Positions 42,001 to 50,992 of a DNA stretch of 64,000 nt are shown piece by piece; the stretch's first letter is position 1, and each line of letters opens with the position of its first letter. The position numbers were made by a program, and so were the translations under genes. The DNA comes from Planctomycetota bacterium (lineage in GTDB: Bacteria; Planctomycetota; GCA-002687715; CAIWVZ01): contig JBGANV010000003.1 in the NCBI GenBank assembly GCA_044222185.1, positions 448,001-512,000 on the forward strand, given 5' to 3'. Below the pieces are notes generated by a model. It worked only from the letters and a program-made list of their open reading frames with translations. It searched no databases and was not told where the DNA came from.

Positions 42001-42721
42001 CCGAAAACGGCAAGAGGTCCTCGGTCGTGGCTCCGCCGAGGAGCCCCACGGAGTAGGCACGATGCTCGTGCGCGTCGGCCAGGAGGTACGGGCGAACGAG
42101 GTCGGCGTGTCGCGCCGCCGACGCGGCGAATCCCGGAACTCGGGCGAGGAACTCGGGATGAGACCAGACCTTGGCCCCGAAACTACGGAACGCGGAGACC
42201 ACGAGCTCCGACTCCGGCAGCCCGGCGGCGGAGAGCAGCGCTTCCAAGCGCCCCATGGACGCCTTGGGATGTGGCTCGAGCTCGGTCGGACTCCACGAGA
42301 CGTGCGTCAGCGGCCGCTTCAGCAAGTCTTCGACGAGTGCGTCGATCCACGGGTGGTGCTCGGCGATGTCGAGGTAGGTCGCAAAGCCCAAAAGCGACGA
42401 GGTGGCTGCGAGCATCTCCCCGAAGCGGATGAGAACGAGCGGCGGCACGTCGTCCCAGCGGTCGTAGAGACGCCAGCACTTTGCGCGGCGTTCGTCCTCC
42501 GCCTCACGCCGCGCCCGGTCGAATCGGCCCGATTGGGAGGTCCGGACTCGACCCGGCAGATCCGCCGGCCGCCCCTCGAGGACGAACCCCAGCGCCGACT
42601 GCGCCTGAGACGGATCCGCGAAGGGCAACCCGGCGACCGCTTCTTCGAGCACGGGCAGGAAATCGGCATCGCGACCACGATCTCCGTTGCCCCCCAGCAG
42701 ACCTCGCAGGAACTTCGCCAT
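39041..42721 (-). CDS. DUF4132 domain protein with HEAT-like repeats (YehI/MolR-like)
   Basis: HEAT-like helices (RANAAQWLGRL...LAKEK); C-terminal LEELADRTIPTAGFD, FDYGDRAF, Q.ARL..AM, HP......RLVW, PQF, FGLRG-like FALRG..GW, PPVLLSECWNDL. Confidence 0.88.
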   Translation of the reverse strand: MAKFLRGLLGGNGDRGRDADFLPVLEEAVAGLPFADPSQAQSALGFVLEGRPADLPGRVRTSQSGRFDRARREAEDERRAKCWRLYDRWDDVPPLVLIRFGEMLAATSSLLGFATYLDIAEHHPWIDALVEDLLKRPLTHVSWSPTELEPHPKASMGRLEALLSAAGLPESELVVSAFRSFGAKVWSHPEFLARVPGFAASAARHADLVRPYLLADAHEHRAYSVGLLGGATTEDLLPFSGAIAALVTDGSNRVRVASEAATRRLGSAIEPELERLATHAAPETRILALTQLWSMGGQAARVFVQARATSDAAPSVRQAVIELQRRSEASAAVDADLTVPTVEADFSAPLGTEAAARLHAALKAINDAAHARWRDAVARSSGTVPGWKPLTDDELDRIVAQVRNPPPPDSTVEFSVKTWVDQRLAKRLLCDWALRPDVTLGHVVVMLQSAGRLDLASPSAFFAEPECSVFNVLGRAGRVTLLDLAAHLEARGVSGDVLARDWMRRIGQRIAEGWTAAQVWPYLARHRRLIDDVLDGRFTLTPDFWFDPERVFDAIATFPRVPADLVDRLFGIALGSGKSARLRAQRILDAFPGRRERLVAALASGKAESRANAAQWLGRLRDVEALSSIEAALAKEKHDQAAAAMMGALEALGASLDRFLDRDKLATDARAGLKKGIPKELAWFPADALPVLHWADGGEPLAREIPMWWLVQACKGKTPEPSAVLRRHVQAIAPAAREALGETILSAWLAEDVRPIPHAEAVARARAEAIGVVQSMKQYPQFYETSPDKGRSEDEIFERRLPAHLMTPAGSVIGAKGILSVVSACGGAAIAGMTERYLKVWYGHRAAQGKALIQMLAWVDHPSATQLMLSVGSRFRTKGFQDEANRQAALLAERRGWTLEELADRTIPTAGFDEDGTSTFDYGDRAFTARLTAELGIELFNEEGRSIANLPEARKDEDAARVAGLRKQFSAAKKELKSVVTSQRARLHDAMCTQRAWAAADWSRFLGRHPILRRHCQRLVWRADRGDHGFTFRPLEDGSLTNVDDEVVTLGPDDVVRVAHEVVIPPADSQRWIEHLRDYDVAPLLPQFGKPVYRIPAERVEEDTVQDFLGHVLMSFALRGRATKLGWLRGPAEDAGFYFTYVRRFPSAGLEAVIEFTGSALPEENRLVALRDLSFRMVVAGASGRGDATVPLGQVPPVLLSECWNDLRTMAADGTGFDPEWERKTG

Positions 42722-43055
42722 GGCGCGGGATCGTACAAAACCGGGTGGCGGTCGTGGGCACGTCGGGGCCGCCATCGCGATGAGTGGCCCCGGGGCGCCG
42801 CAGGGACGCGGATGCGCCCGCGGGGGTCCCGGGAGTCGCGGTCCCCGGTACGTCGTTCTTCGGGGCACGACGGCGGAGCGACCGCAGTCGAGCGGGCCGC
42901 CCCCCCCTCGGGACGTCCGGCGGGCCCTAGACGTCCCCCCTCGACGGTTGTGTTCTCGGCGACAATGACGCAGGACCATCGTCCACCGGCCGACGATCCG
43001 ACCCGCGCCGCCCGCATCGATCGGCCCGTCCGCGTCCCACCCCACGAGTCAGCCC

Positions 43056-45968
43056 ATGCTTCACCCGACCAGGCTCGCCATTCTCATCCTCGTTCTCGCG
43101 TCGTTCGCGATCGTCGCGCGCCCGGCATCCGCCCAGGACACGACCGCACTCCTGGCCGCCGGTGCGTCGGCGCCCGACTTCGCATCCAAGGATGCCGTCG
43201 GGAAGGACGTCCACATCGCCGACTTCCAGGGCAAGGTCGTCGTCCTCGACTTCTGGGCGACGTGGTGCGGGCCGTGCATCCGGTCATTGCCGCACGTGCA
43301 GGAGCTCGCCGCGGCTCAGAAGGCGAACGGCGTCGTCGTCCTCGCCGTTTGCACCAGCGACTCGCGCGCGCGCTTCGACGCATGGGTCAAGGAGAACGCG
43401 AGCAAGTACCCGGACGTGGTCTTCACCTGTGACCCGTTCGATCGCGGGAGCAAGCAATTCGACGAGCGCGCGTCGGCGAAGCTGTATGGCGTTTCCGGCC
43501 TCCCGACGAAGTTCGTGATCGGCAAGGACGGCAAGGTCGTCATGGCGATCGTCGGAAGCGAGGACGGCGACGTGCGCCTGGAAGCCGGCCTTGCGCGAGC
43601 GGGTGTGGCGATCGACGCGACCGTCGCGAAGCGGGGCGAGGAGCAGGCACTGAAGGCCGAGAAGGAAGAGGCCGCTCGGATCGCCGAGGCTGCCGCCAAC
43701 CCTCGTCCGCCATTCATGGCGCAACTCGGCTCGCTCAAGTCCGGCGGCGCGATTCCCGATTGCGCTCTCGTCGGCACCGACGGGAAGGAATTCACCTTCG
43801 CTTCGCTTCGCGGAAAGCCGCTCGTGATCGCGATGTCCTGGCACGACATCGTCCCCACCGCCAAGCTCGACGAGATCGACCGGCGCTACTCGGCGTACGG
43901 CGTACGAACGCTCGAGGCGATGGTCTTCACGTCACGCACCGACTTCGACGCATGGGCGAAAGAGCATGCCGGTGAGTTCACGTTCCGCGTCGGGGTCGAC
44001 CCTGCGGGCAAGTTCGAGGGGAAGTCCGGCGTGAACGACGCCGAGGCACGGATGGCGTTCCACCGAACGACCGTCGTCGGCAAGTTGTTCAGCGGTGGCG
44101 GCTTTCCGGCGATGCCTGTCGGGATGGTCGTCGATGCAGAGGGTCGCTTCATCGGCGGTTTTCATTTCGGCGATCAGATGACGGAAGGTCTGGCGAATCT
44201 GCTGCTGCGCGCGGGCGTCGGACTGAAGCCCGAGGACATGCCGTCGAAGGTCGCACCGCCGGAAGCGTTCGTGGTCGCTCCCCCTCCTCCGATCGAAGCG
44301 CCGGTTCAGCGCCTGGCCGTCGGTGCGGTCGCGCCCGACTTCGAGAGCCAGGACCTCGCGGGCAAGACGGTCAAGCTGTCCGACTTCACGGGCAAGATCA
44401 TCGTCCTCGACTTCTGGGCGACGTGGTGCGGGCCGTGCAAGGCGTCGTTGCCGCATACCCAGGAGGTCGCGCAGCAGTACAAGGACCAAGGCGTCGTCGT
44501 GCTGGCGAACTGCACGAGCGACGGCCGCAAGGCGTTCGAAGCCTGGTCGCAGAAGAACCAGGGTGACTTCCCGGACATCATCTTCACGCATGACAAGGCC
44601 GAGAAGGGACCCGATCGCGCCTCGCGCAAGCACTACGGAGTGGGCGGCATCCCGCAGCAGTTCGTGATCGGCAGGGACGGAAGGGTCGCGGCGATCGTGG
44701 ACGGGTACGTCGCTGGCGAAGTGTTGCTCGAAGGCGCGCTCGCCAAGGCCGGCGTCACGGTCGATGCGGCGACGCTCGAGAAGGCGGCCGCGGATCAGCG
44801 AAAGCGCGACGAGGGACGCCCGAAGGCGGCGGCCGCGCTCGCGCCGATGTCCGCCCCGGCATCCACGCGGCCCACCTCGCCCGGGCCCGGTTCGAACCTC
44901 ATCGGCAAGGCACCACCGCAGATCCGCGTCGCGAAGTGGGTCAAGGGTGAGCCGATCACCGAGCTCGAGAAGGGCAAGGTGTGGGTGATCGACTTCTGGG
45001 CGACGTGGTGCGGGCCGTGCAAGGCCGCGATTCCTCACCTCACGAAGCTCGCCCAGGAGCACGCGGGCAAGGTCGAGGTGGTGGGCGTCAGCATCTCGGA
45101 GCGCCAGAAGGACCCGACGGACACGGCGTACATCGAACTGGTGCAGCAGTTCGTCGACAAGCAGGGTGATCGCATGGGGTACCGCGTCGCGGTGGACACG
45201 CCGGAGAAGACGATGCACGCGACGTGGTTCAAGCCCACTGGCACCGGCGGAATCCCGACGGCGTACATCATCGACCGGAACGGGTTGGTCGCGTGGACGG
45301 GAATCGGCGATCCCCACGACGTGCAGCGAATCGTCGAGGCCGTGCTCGCGGGCACGTTCGATCCGAAGGCGGAGGCCGAACTGCAGGCGAGGCTCGATGC
45401 GGAAGCCAAGGAGCGCGCCGCGGCCGACGCCGCGAAGGCACGCGAGAAGGGCAAGACCGACGCCGAGGTCCCCGGCTATTCCGACGCCATGGCGCGCGGC
45501 GACACCGCCGCAGCCCTCGCGGCTCTCGATGCCGCATTCGCCGCCGACCCCACGCTCGAGTCTTCGGGGCGCTACCAGTGGAAGTTCATGCTGCTCATGC
45601 AACGCAACAAACCCGACGAGGTGAACGCCTACGTGCGGGATCTCCTGAAGCGCATGCCTGAGAACGACGACGTCATCGGCTTCGCTTCGGCATGCATCGT
45701 CGCCTGTACCGATGATCCGCCGCGCTTCGACCCGCAACTGGCGCTCGAGGTGGCACGAAAGACCGCCGCCGCAGCCAGGCCGGACAGCCGGTGGCAGCAA
45801 TTCGCGCGTTGGCGCCTCGCCTGGGCGTTGTTCCACACGGGAGACCGCGCGAAGGCAACCGAGCAGATGCAGCTCGCGCGCGAAGGCGTGAAGAAGCTGA
45901 AGGGCACCGTCGATTTCGACGACCTCGAGATGCAATGCGACGAGGCACTGAAGGTCTTCAAGAAGTGA
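43056..45968 (+). CDS. Secreted multi-domain TlpA/redoxin (thioredoxin-fold) protein with helical C-terminus
   Basis: Signal peptide ending ASAQ; three DFWATWCGPC domains with G[LI]P loops plus one redoxin-like domain lacking CxxC. Confidence 0.9.
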   Translation: MLHPTRLAILILVLASFAIVARPASAQDTTALLAAGASAPDFASKDAVGKDVHIADFQGKVVVLDFWATWCGPCIRSLPHVQELAAAQKANGVVVLAVCTSDSRARFDAWVKENASKYPDVVFTCDPFDRGSKQFDERASAKLYGVSGLPTKFVIGKDGKVVMAIVGSEDGDVRLEAGLARAGVAIDATVAKRGEEQALKAEKEEAARIAEAAANPRPPFMAQLGSLKSGGAIPDCALVGTDGKEFTFASLRGKPLVIAMSWHDIVPTAKLDEIDRRYSAYGVRTLEAMVFTSRTDFDAWAKEHAGEFTFRVGVDPAGKFEGKSGVNDAEARMAFHRTTVVGKLFSGGGFPAMPVGMVVDAEGRFIGGFHFGDQMTEGLANLLLRAGVGLKPEDMPSKVAPPEAFVVAPPPPIEAPVQRLAVGAVAPDFESQDLAGKTVKLSDFTGKIIVLDFWATWCGPCKASLPHTQEVAQQYKDQGVVVLANCTSDGRKAFEAWSQKNQGDFPDIIFTHDKAEKGPDRASRKHYGVGGIPQQFVIGRDGRVAAIVDGYVAGEVLLEGALAKAGVTVDAATLEKAAADQRKRDEGRPKAAAALAPMSAPASTRPTSPGPGSNLIGKAPPQIRVAKWVKGEPITELEKGKVWVIDFWATWCGPCKAAIPHLTKLAQEHAGKVEVVGVSISERQKDPTDTAYIELVQQFVDKQGDRMGYRVAVDTPEKTMHATWFKPTGTGGIPTAYIIDRNGLVAWTGIGDPHDVQRIVEAVLAGTFDPKAEAELQARLDAEAKERAAADAAKAREKGKTDAEVPGYSDAMARGDTAAALAALDAAFAADPTLESSGRYQWKFMLLMQRNKPDEVNAYVRDLLKRMPENDDVIGFASACIVACTDDPPRFDPQLALEVARKTAAAARPDSRWQQFARWRLAWALFHTGDRAKATEQMQLAREGVKKLKGTVDFDDLEMQCDEALKVFKK

Positions 45969-46227
45969 TCGGGCTCGCGCCGCCACGTCGGACCCGCCAC
46001 GTCGGTCGGGAGCGGTTTCCCCGGCGACCCGGTGATTCTCGGCGCAAGGTCGTGGACTCGCGGTAGCCCGAAGCCGCGACGCTTGCCGTCGCCATCGACG
46101 ACCGGAGCCGCCCGCGCGGCCGGCCCCTTGTGCCGTCGGCGCGCGCGCCTCGGGTGGCCACGGTCGACTGCGCGGTTGCGGCGGCGAACGGCGATCGATG
46201 TCGTCGCGAGCGACGCAGCCTTCTCCC

Positions 46228-46274
46228 TTGACGCGCTTCTACAGCTGTCATAGCATCTGCGACATCTGTAGAAG
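46228..46274 (+). promoter_or_regulatory. Sigma70 promoter overlapped by two BlaI/CopY-type operator boxes
   Basis: TTGACG (46228)-N17-TAGCAT (46251); TACAgcTGTC (46240-46249) and GACAtcTGTA (46261-46270) match TACA-N2-TGTA; CTTCTACAG/CTGTAGAAG outer inverted repeat. Confidence 0.85.
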
Positions 46275-46301
46275 TCATTCCCGCCGGATCCAAGCGTTGC
46301 C

Positions 46302-46679
46302 ATGCACCTCAGCGAAGCCGAATGGAAAGTGATGTCCTGTGTCTGGGATCGCGGTGCCGTCGGCGCGCGTGACGTCTGTGACGCCCTGCGCGATGAACGC
46401 GGGTGGGCCTACACGACGGTCAAGACCATGATGGCGCGCCTCGCACAGAAGGGTGCGCTGACGGAGCGCAAGGAGCGCAACGCGAGCGTCTACGAAGCCG
46501 CGGTGAGCCGGAGCAAGTGCCGGCGCGCCGCTCTCCGAAGCCTCGTCGATGGCGCGTTCGGCGGCGCCGTCGAACCCATGGTGCACTTCCTCGTCGGGGA
46601 GACGAGCTTCTCCGCCGAGGCCGCGGATGAACTCACGCGGCTTCTGGAAGAGAAACGCCGGAAGAAGGCCAGGCGATGA
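46302..46679 (+). CDS. BlaI/MecI/CopY family transcriptional repressor
   Basis: LSEAEWKVM..VW, WAYTTVKTMMARL..KG, LVDGAFGG. Confidence 0.93.
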   Translation: MHLSEAEWKVMSCVWDRGAVGARDVCDALRDERGWAYTTVKTMMARLAQKGALTERKERNASVYEAAVSRSKCRRAALRSLVDGAFGGAVEPMVHFLVGETSFSAEAADELTRLLEEKRRKKARR

Positions 46680-47824
46680 GCGAAACCGCTTTCGGCCTCG
46701 TCCAGACCTGGGCCGCGTGGATCGTCCCGATGACGATTCAGGCGAGTCTCTTCCTGGCCGTGCTCGCGGCGGTGGACCGGCTGTGGCGGCGCCGGATCCC
46801 GCCGGCGGTGTGGACCGTGGCTTGGCTCGTGGCCCTGGCGAAACTCGTCGTCCCACCCTCGCTCGCAAGCCCACTTGCCCTCTTCCGCGGCGTGGGCATG
46901 GACTCGGGCCTCGCGACACCGCCGGCACTCGCCACCACGCCGGTGACGGCTGACGTGATCCTGGCGGCGGGCTGCGCGATCTGGATCGTCGGCGGACTGG
47001 TGTTTGCGACCCGTGCGTCCCGCGCGACGGTTTCGTGGCGGCGGAAGATCGTCGCGTCGGCCGTCGACGGGCCCGAGCTTCGTCGCGTCGAGGCGGCCTT
47101 GGTGCACGCGGCGAAACGCGTGCGGCTGCGGCGGGTCCCCCGAGTGGTCGTCACGCCGCTGCTGCAATCCCCCGCGGTCACAGGGTGGCTGTCGCCGCTG
47201 CTTGCGGTGCCGACCGAGATCGCACGGAACGCCGACGACGTCGTGCTCTCGGCGATGGTGCTCCACGAGGTGACGCACCTCCGCCGTGGCGATCCGCTCG
47301 TGGCCGGCGCTGCACGCGTCCTGCACGGCGTCTACTGGTTCATTCCCTTCGTCGGCCTGGCGCGCCGCCGTCTTGCCGCGCTCGCCGAGTTCGGGTGCGA
47401 CGCGGCCGTGGCGCGATTGCTCGCGGCGGAGGCCACGACCTATCGCGACGCGTTGCTGGATCATGCAAGCGCGCTGGCGTCGCGCGGCGTCGGAACACTC
47501 CCACCGCCCCGCTCCGCTCTCGCGTTCATGAACTCGTCGGGAGACGAGGTCGTCGCCCGGATCCGCGCCCTCGATGGGCTCACACCGAGGCGCCGACGAC
47601 TCCAGAGCGGAGTCGCCGTGGTCGTGGCCGTCCTGCTCGCTGCCTGTGTGGCCCCGATGGGAGAACGACGGACGGGTGAGGCCGTGGCTCAGGACGACGC
47701 CGCGCGTGACACGATCGAGCGGTGGGAAGCGGGGCAGTCGGTGAGCTGTTTCCGGGTCCGCTGGGCCGCCATGCGGCTTTACGGAAACCCAGGGGTCGAG
47801 GATCGGAGTTCCAAGAAGCCATGA
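46676..47824 (+). CDS. M56 family (BlaR1-like) membrane metallopeptidase without a penicillin-binding domain
   Basis: TM helices, SPAVTGWLSP, LHEVTHLRRGD, YWFIP, EFGCD; ATGA overlap with the repressor gene. Confidence 0.9.
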   Translation: MSETAFGLVQTWAAWIVPMTIQASLFLAVLAAVDRLWRRRIPPAVWTVAWLVALAKLVVPPSLASPLALFRGVGMDSGLATPPALATTPVTADVILAAGCAIWIVGGLVFATRASRATVSWRRKIVASAVDGPELRRVEAALVHAAKRVRLRRVPRVVVTPLLQSPAVTGWLSPLLAVPTEIARNADDVVLSAMVLHEVTHLRRGDPLVAGAARVLHGVYWFIPFVGLARRRLAALAEFGCDAAVARLLAAEATTYRDALLDHASALASRGVGTLPPPRSALAFMNSSGDEVVARIRALDGLTPRRRRLQSGVAVVVAVLLAACVAPMGERRTGEAVAQDDAARDTIERWEAGQSVSCFRVRWAAMRLYGNPGVEDRSSKKP

Positions 47825-48444
47825 AGACCTTTCTGCTCTTCGGAGCGGCGTTCGCCGCACTCGTTTCGGCCGTGGTCACTCCCGACCAACCGCGCGGCGA
47901 CGTCGCCTCGCAGGTTCCCCAGGACAAGGACGCGGCTGCCGGCCTGCAGCGCTTCGTCGATTCCTGCCGACCCGGCAAGAACCACGAATGGCTCAAGCAA
48001 CTCGTCGGCAAGTGGGACATGACGCAGCGCGCCTGGATGATGGGGCCTGACGCAAAGCCGGAGGAGAGCAAGGGCACGGTCGAGTACCGCTGGCTCGTGG
48101 AAGGCAAGTGGCTGTTGCGCGAGGCGAAGAGCTCGGTGTTCGGGCGCCCGTGCACCCAGACGACGATCCTCGGTTACGACAACTTCCGGAAGAAGTACGT
48201 GTCGACGAAGGTCGACAGCATGATGACCATGATGGTCCGGGAGGACGGCGTGCTCGATCCGTCGCAGAAAGTGCTGACGCTCTACGGCGAGGTCGACGAG
48301 CCGATGACGGGCACGATCGGCAAGGCCGTGAAGTTCGTCACGCGAATCACGGGCGCCGACTCGATCGTCGAGGAGGTCCACGACCTGACGATCCCGGAGC
48401 CCAACACCAAGGTGATCGAGTACGCGTTGGTCAGGGCGAAGTAG
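47821..48444 (+). CDS. DUF1579 family exported protein
   Basis: Signal peptide; PGKNHEWL..LVGKW, GYDNFRKKYVST.VDSM; ATGA overlap with the M56 gene. Confidence 0.85.
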   Translation: MKTFLLFGAAFAALVSAVVTPDQPRGDVASQVPQDKDAAAGLQRFVDSCRPGKNHEWLKQLVGKWDMTQRAWMMGPDAKPEESKGTVEYRWLVEGKWLLREAKSSVFGRPCTQTTILGYDNFRKKYVSTKVDSMMTMMVREDGVLDPSQKVLTLYGEVDEPMTGTIGKAVKFVTRITGADSIVEEVHDLTIPEPNTKVIEYALVRAK

Positions 48445-48612
48445 TCCGGCGCCTTCGCGGACGGTCCGATGCGCACGAAGAACGCGGGAGTCGTCGAAGG
48501 CGCCGCGAGACCGCGCGGCGGTGCGGCCGGCAAGGCCCCTGCCCTGCTTCGCCCGCGCCGCGAGCGAGATCTCTCCACGCAAACGATTCGACGAAGTCGA
48601 AGGAAACCACAC

Positions 48613-49425
48613 ATGAGCCTGAACAAGGACGCATCCGGGCGCCGCTCGGTGCAGGTCGACGTCGAGATCACCGGAACCCAGGACGAGGTCTGGCGCGCGA
48701 TCGCCACCGGGCCCGGCATCTCGGCATGGTTCGTTCCCACGCGAAGCGATGAGCGCCAAGGCGGCCAGATGGTGAGCGACTTCGGTGCCGGGATGGAGTT
48801 CCCGTCCACGATCACGTCGTGGGATGCACCAAGACGTTTCGTCGCCGAGGCTGCCGTGGGCCCTCCCGGGTCGCCTACGATCGTGACGGCATGGAGCGTC
48901 ACGGAGCGCACGAATGGCAAGTGCCTCGTCCGCGTGGAGCACGGTCTCGTCTCCGACGAGGACGACTGGGACGGTCAACTCCTCGCGATGGAGGACGGCT
49001 GGCCTGCCTACTTCAAGATCCTGCGGATCTACCTCGAGACGTATCGCGGGATGCCGTGCGCGGCGATGCAGCTGGTCGGGTTTTCCAGTGAGCCGGAGGA
49101 GACGACCTGGCGCGTCGCCGGGACGGAGCTGGGGCTGCTTTCACTTTCGGAGGGGCAGCGGTGGACCGCCCCGCATGGTTTCCCACGCACGTCCGGCGTC
49201 GTGGATACCCGCGGACGAGGAATGCACCCGAACACGGTGATCCTGCGCATCGACGCTCCCGCGCCGGGCGCTGCCTACGTCGGGGCGTTCTCCTGCGGCG
49301 GGATGGTCCAGGTCTACATGGCGGTCTACCTCTACGGCAATCAGGCCCGCGCTGCGGTGGACCGCGACCAACCCGCCTGGCAGAAGTGGATGAGTGCGCG
49401 CTTCCCGATCCCCCAAATGGGTTGA
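48613..49425 (+). CDS. SRPBCC domain protein (extended type)
   Basis: AGGA RBS; GRRSVQVDVEI.GT.DEVWRAIATGPGISAWF, EDGWP.YF.IL..YL. Confidence 0.88.
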   Translation: MSLNKDASGRRSVQVDVEITGTQDEVWRAIATGPGISAWFVPTRSDERQGGQMVSDFGAGMEFPSTITSWDAPRRFVAEAAVGPPGSPTIVTAWSVTERTNGKCLVRVEHGLVSDEDDWDGQLLAMEDGWPAYFKILRIYLETYRGMPCAAMQLVGFSSEPEETTWRVAGTELGLLSLSEGQRWTAPHGFPRTSGVVDTRGRGMHPNTVILRIDAPAPGAAYVGAFSCGGMVQVYMAVYLYGNQARAAVDRDQPAWQKWMSARFPIPQMG

Positions 49426-49590
49426 CCGGACGCGACCCGCCCCGTCCCGATCGGGACGCGGCGAGCTCGCCGAGCGCGTCCATCGAGATGCGGGGGTCGA
49501 GCGCGCCGTCGCTGCCCCTCGGGCGAACTCCGGCGGCGATCCGCGCAGTTCGGACGAAAGGCGCGGAGTTCCGCCGCGCTAACGTCCCCC

Positions 49591-50112
49591 ATGCATCGAT
49601 CGAACGTCGTCAGACTCGCCGTCGTTCCCGGGTTGATCACCGTCCCGCTCACCGCGCTTCGAGCCTGGCTCGAAGTCAACCACCCCGGCGAGGGCATCAC
49701 GACGCTGGTGAGTCTGAATGGGCTCGCGCTCGCGTGGATTCTGGCATTCGCGGTGATGATGCGACGCGGCGGTCGCCGCTTCGCCGCGTTCTTCTTCACC
49801 CTCAGCGTCTTCTGCACGATCTACCGGCTCGCAATCGGTGTCGTGTACACGCTGGCATGGGCGCAATCCTGGCGGACGGTCACCGGAAACCCGACGCGCT
49901 ATCAACGCGACATGATCGACGCCTTCGCGCAGATGAAGCTCGAATCGCCCGAGCAGGCATCGGCTGGCCTCGTCTTCGCATGCACGGCGCTCTTCCCCAT
50001 CGTCACTCAGTTGGTCTTCGGCTGCATCACCTGGTTGCTGGTCCGACTGCTCGTGAAACCGGCTCGCGTCCCAGCGATGCCGCTCGAAGGACGAAGCCGC
50101 GACGCGCCGTGA
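49591..50112 (+). CDS. Hypothetical membrane protein (~4 TM)
   Basis: Four hydrophobic segments and coding-like codon use. Confidence 0.65.
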   Translation: MHRSNVVRLAVVPGLITVPLTALRAWLEVNHPGEGITTLVSLNGLALAWILAFAVMMRRGGRRFAAFFFTLSVFCTIYRLAIGVVYTLAWAQSWRTVTGNPTRYQRDMIDAFAQMKLESPEQASAGLVFACTALFPIVTQLVFGCITWLLVRLLVKPARVPAMPLEGRSRDAP

Positions 50113-50124
50113 GCGCACCCCGCC

Positions 50125-50508
50125 TCACGGGACATGGGGGCCGCGATCGCGATTGTCGCGCCGCGACCGCAACCTCGCCGAGGGATCTCGATCGCGAGTT
50201 TCGTCCAACCCGATCGCATCGGCTCCGCCGGGCCAGCGAGCGAGCGCTCGGCCGATTCGATCGAGGATCCGCGCCGGACCCGTGATCGCGAGGCCCATGT
50301 AGGTTTCCGCCTCGACGGTGACGAGTCGTCCGTCGACCCGACAGCGTAGTGTCTCCAACTCCTGGGAGCCAGCGACGCCCCATGTGTGCTCGAAGGACTC
50401 GGCGCCGAGCCCCTTCAACGCGCGCAGGACTGCCGCCCGAAGCGCGGCATCGGATTCGAGTCCGAGCACCCGCGTCACGTCGCCATTCGAAGGGTTGGGC
50501 TGTTCCAT
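50125..50508 (-). CDS. Small hypothetical protein
   Basis: Globular-looking core WGVAGSQELE...VTVEAETYMGLAITGP; start uncertain. Confidence 0.55.
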   Translation of the reverse strand: MEQPNPSNGDVTRVLGLESDAALRAAVLRALKGLGAESFEHTWGVAGSQELETLRCRVDGRLVTVEAETYMGLAITGPARILDRIGRALARWPGGADAIGLDETRDRDPSARLRSRRDNRDRGPHVP

Positions 50509-50992
50509 CGGATTTCCGTGCTCATTCGACCCGCATGAGCTGGCCACGCCGACGATGCACCCAACGGCGGGCCAGCGCCGCACGCGAAACTGTACGCTCT
50601 TGGCAGCCGGAATGAATTCCGGCAAGCACGAGCCGCAGCGTTCCGATCGTGAATGGAATGGCACCCCGGGTGAGCGAAGCCGATGCGTCGAGTCCAGGCA
50701 TCCGTCGCCGTGCTCGGCGACGATGCGCTTCGATGACGCACCGCCAAGCGGCGCGCGCCCAAGTCGCGGCCATCGCCCCTGTGCTGGGGGCCGACGCGCA
50801 CGTCCCCGAGTGAGGCGCAGGAATTCCTGCTGCGTTGCACTCGATGCCGGGAGCCATGCGCCGAGCACGTGCCACGTTCAATCCTCGCCCGCGAAGACCG
50901 CTGGTAGACTGACCGCGTCGCAGCTCACCGGATCCTATTCCGCCGTGGTCGTGGTCGACCGTCCGCGGGGTCGGCGGGGCGGCCGATCAGCC

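Noticed and set aside
48447-48505. 11-bp inverted repeat after the DUF1579 gene
   Set aside because: 37-nt loop and no U-tract; plausible by chance at this GC content.
50318-50992. 225-aa N-terminal extension of the ECF sigma factor
   Set aside because: Low-complexity, overlaps an opposite-strand gene; sigma-like sequence begins at 50993.
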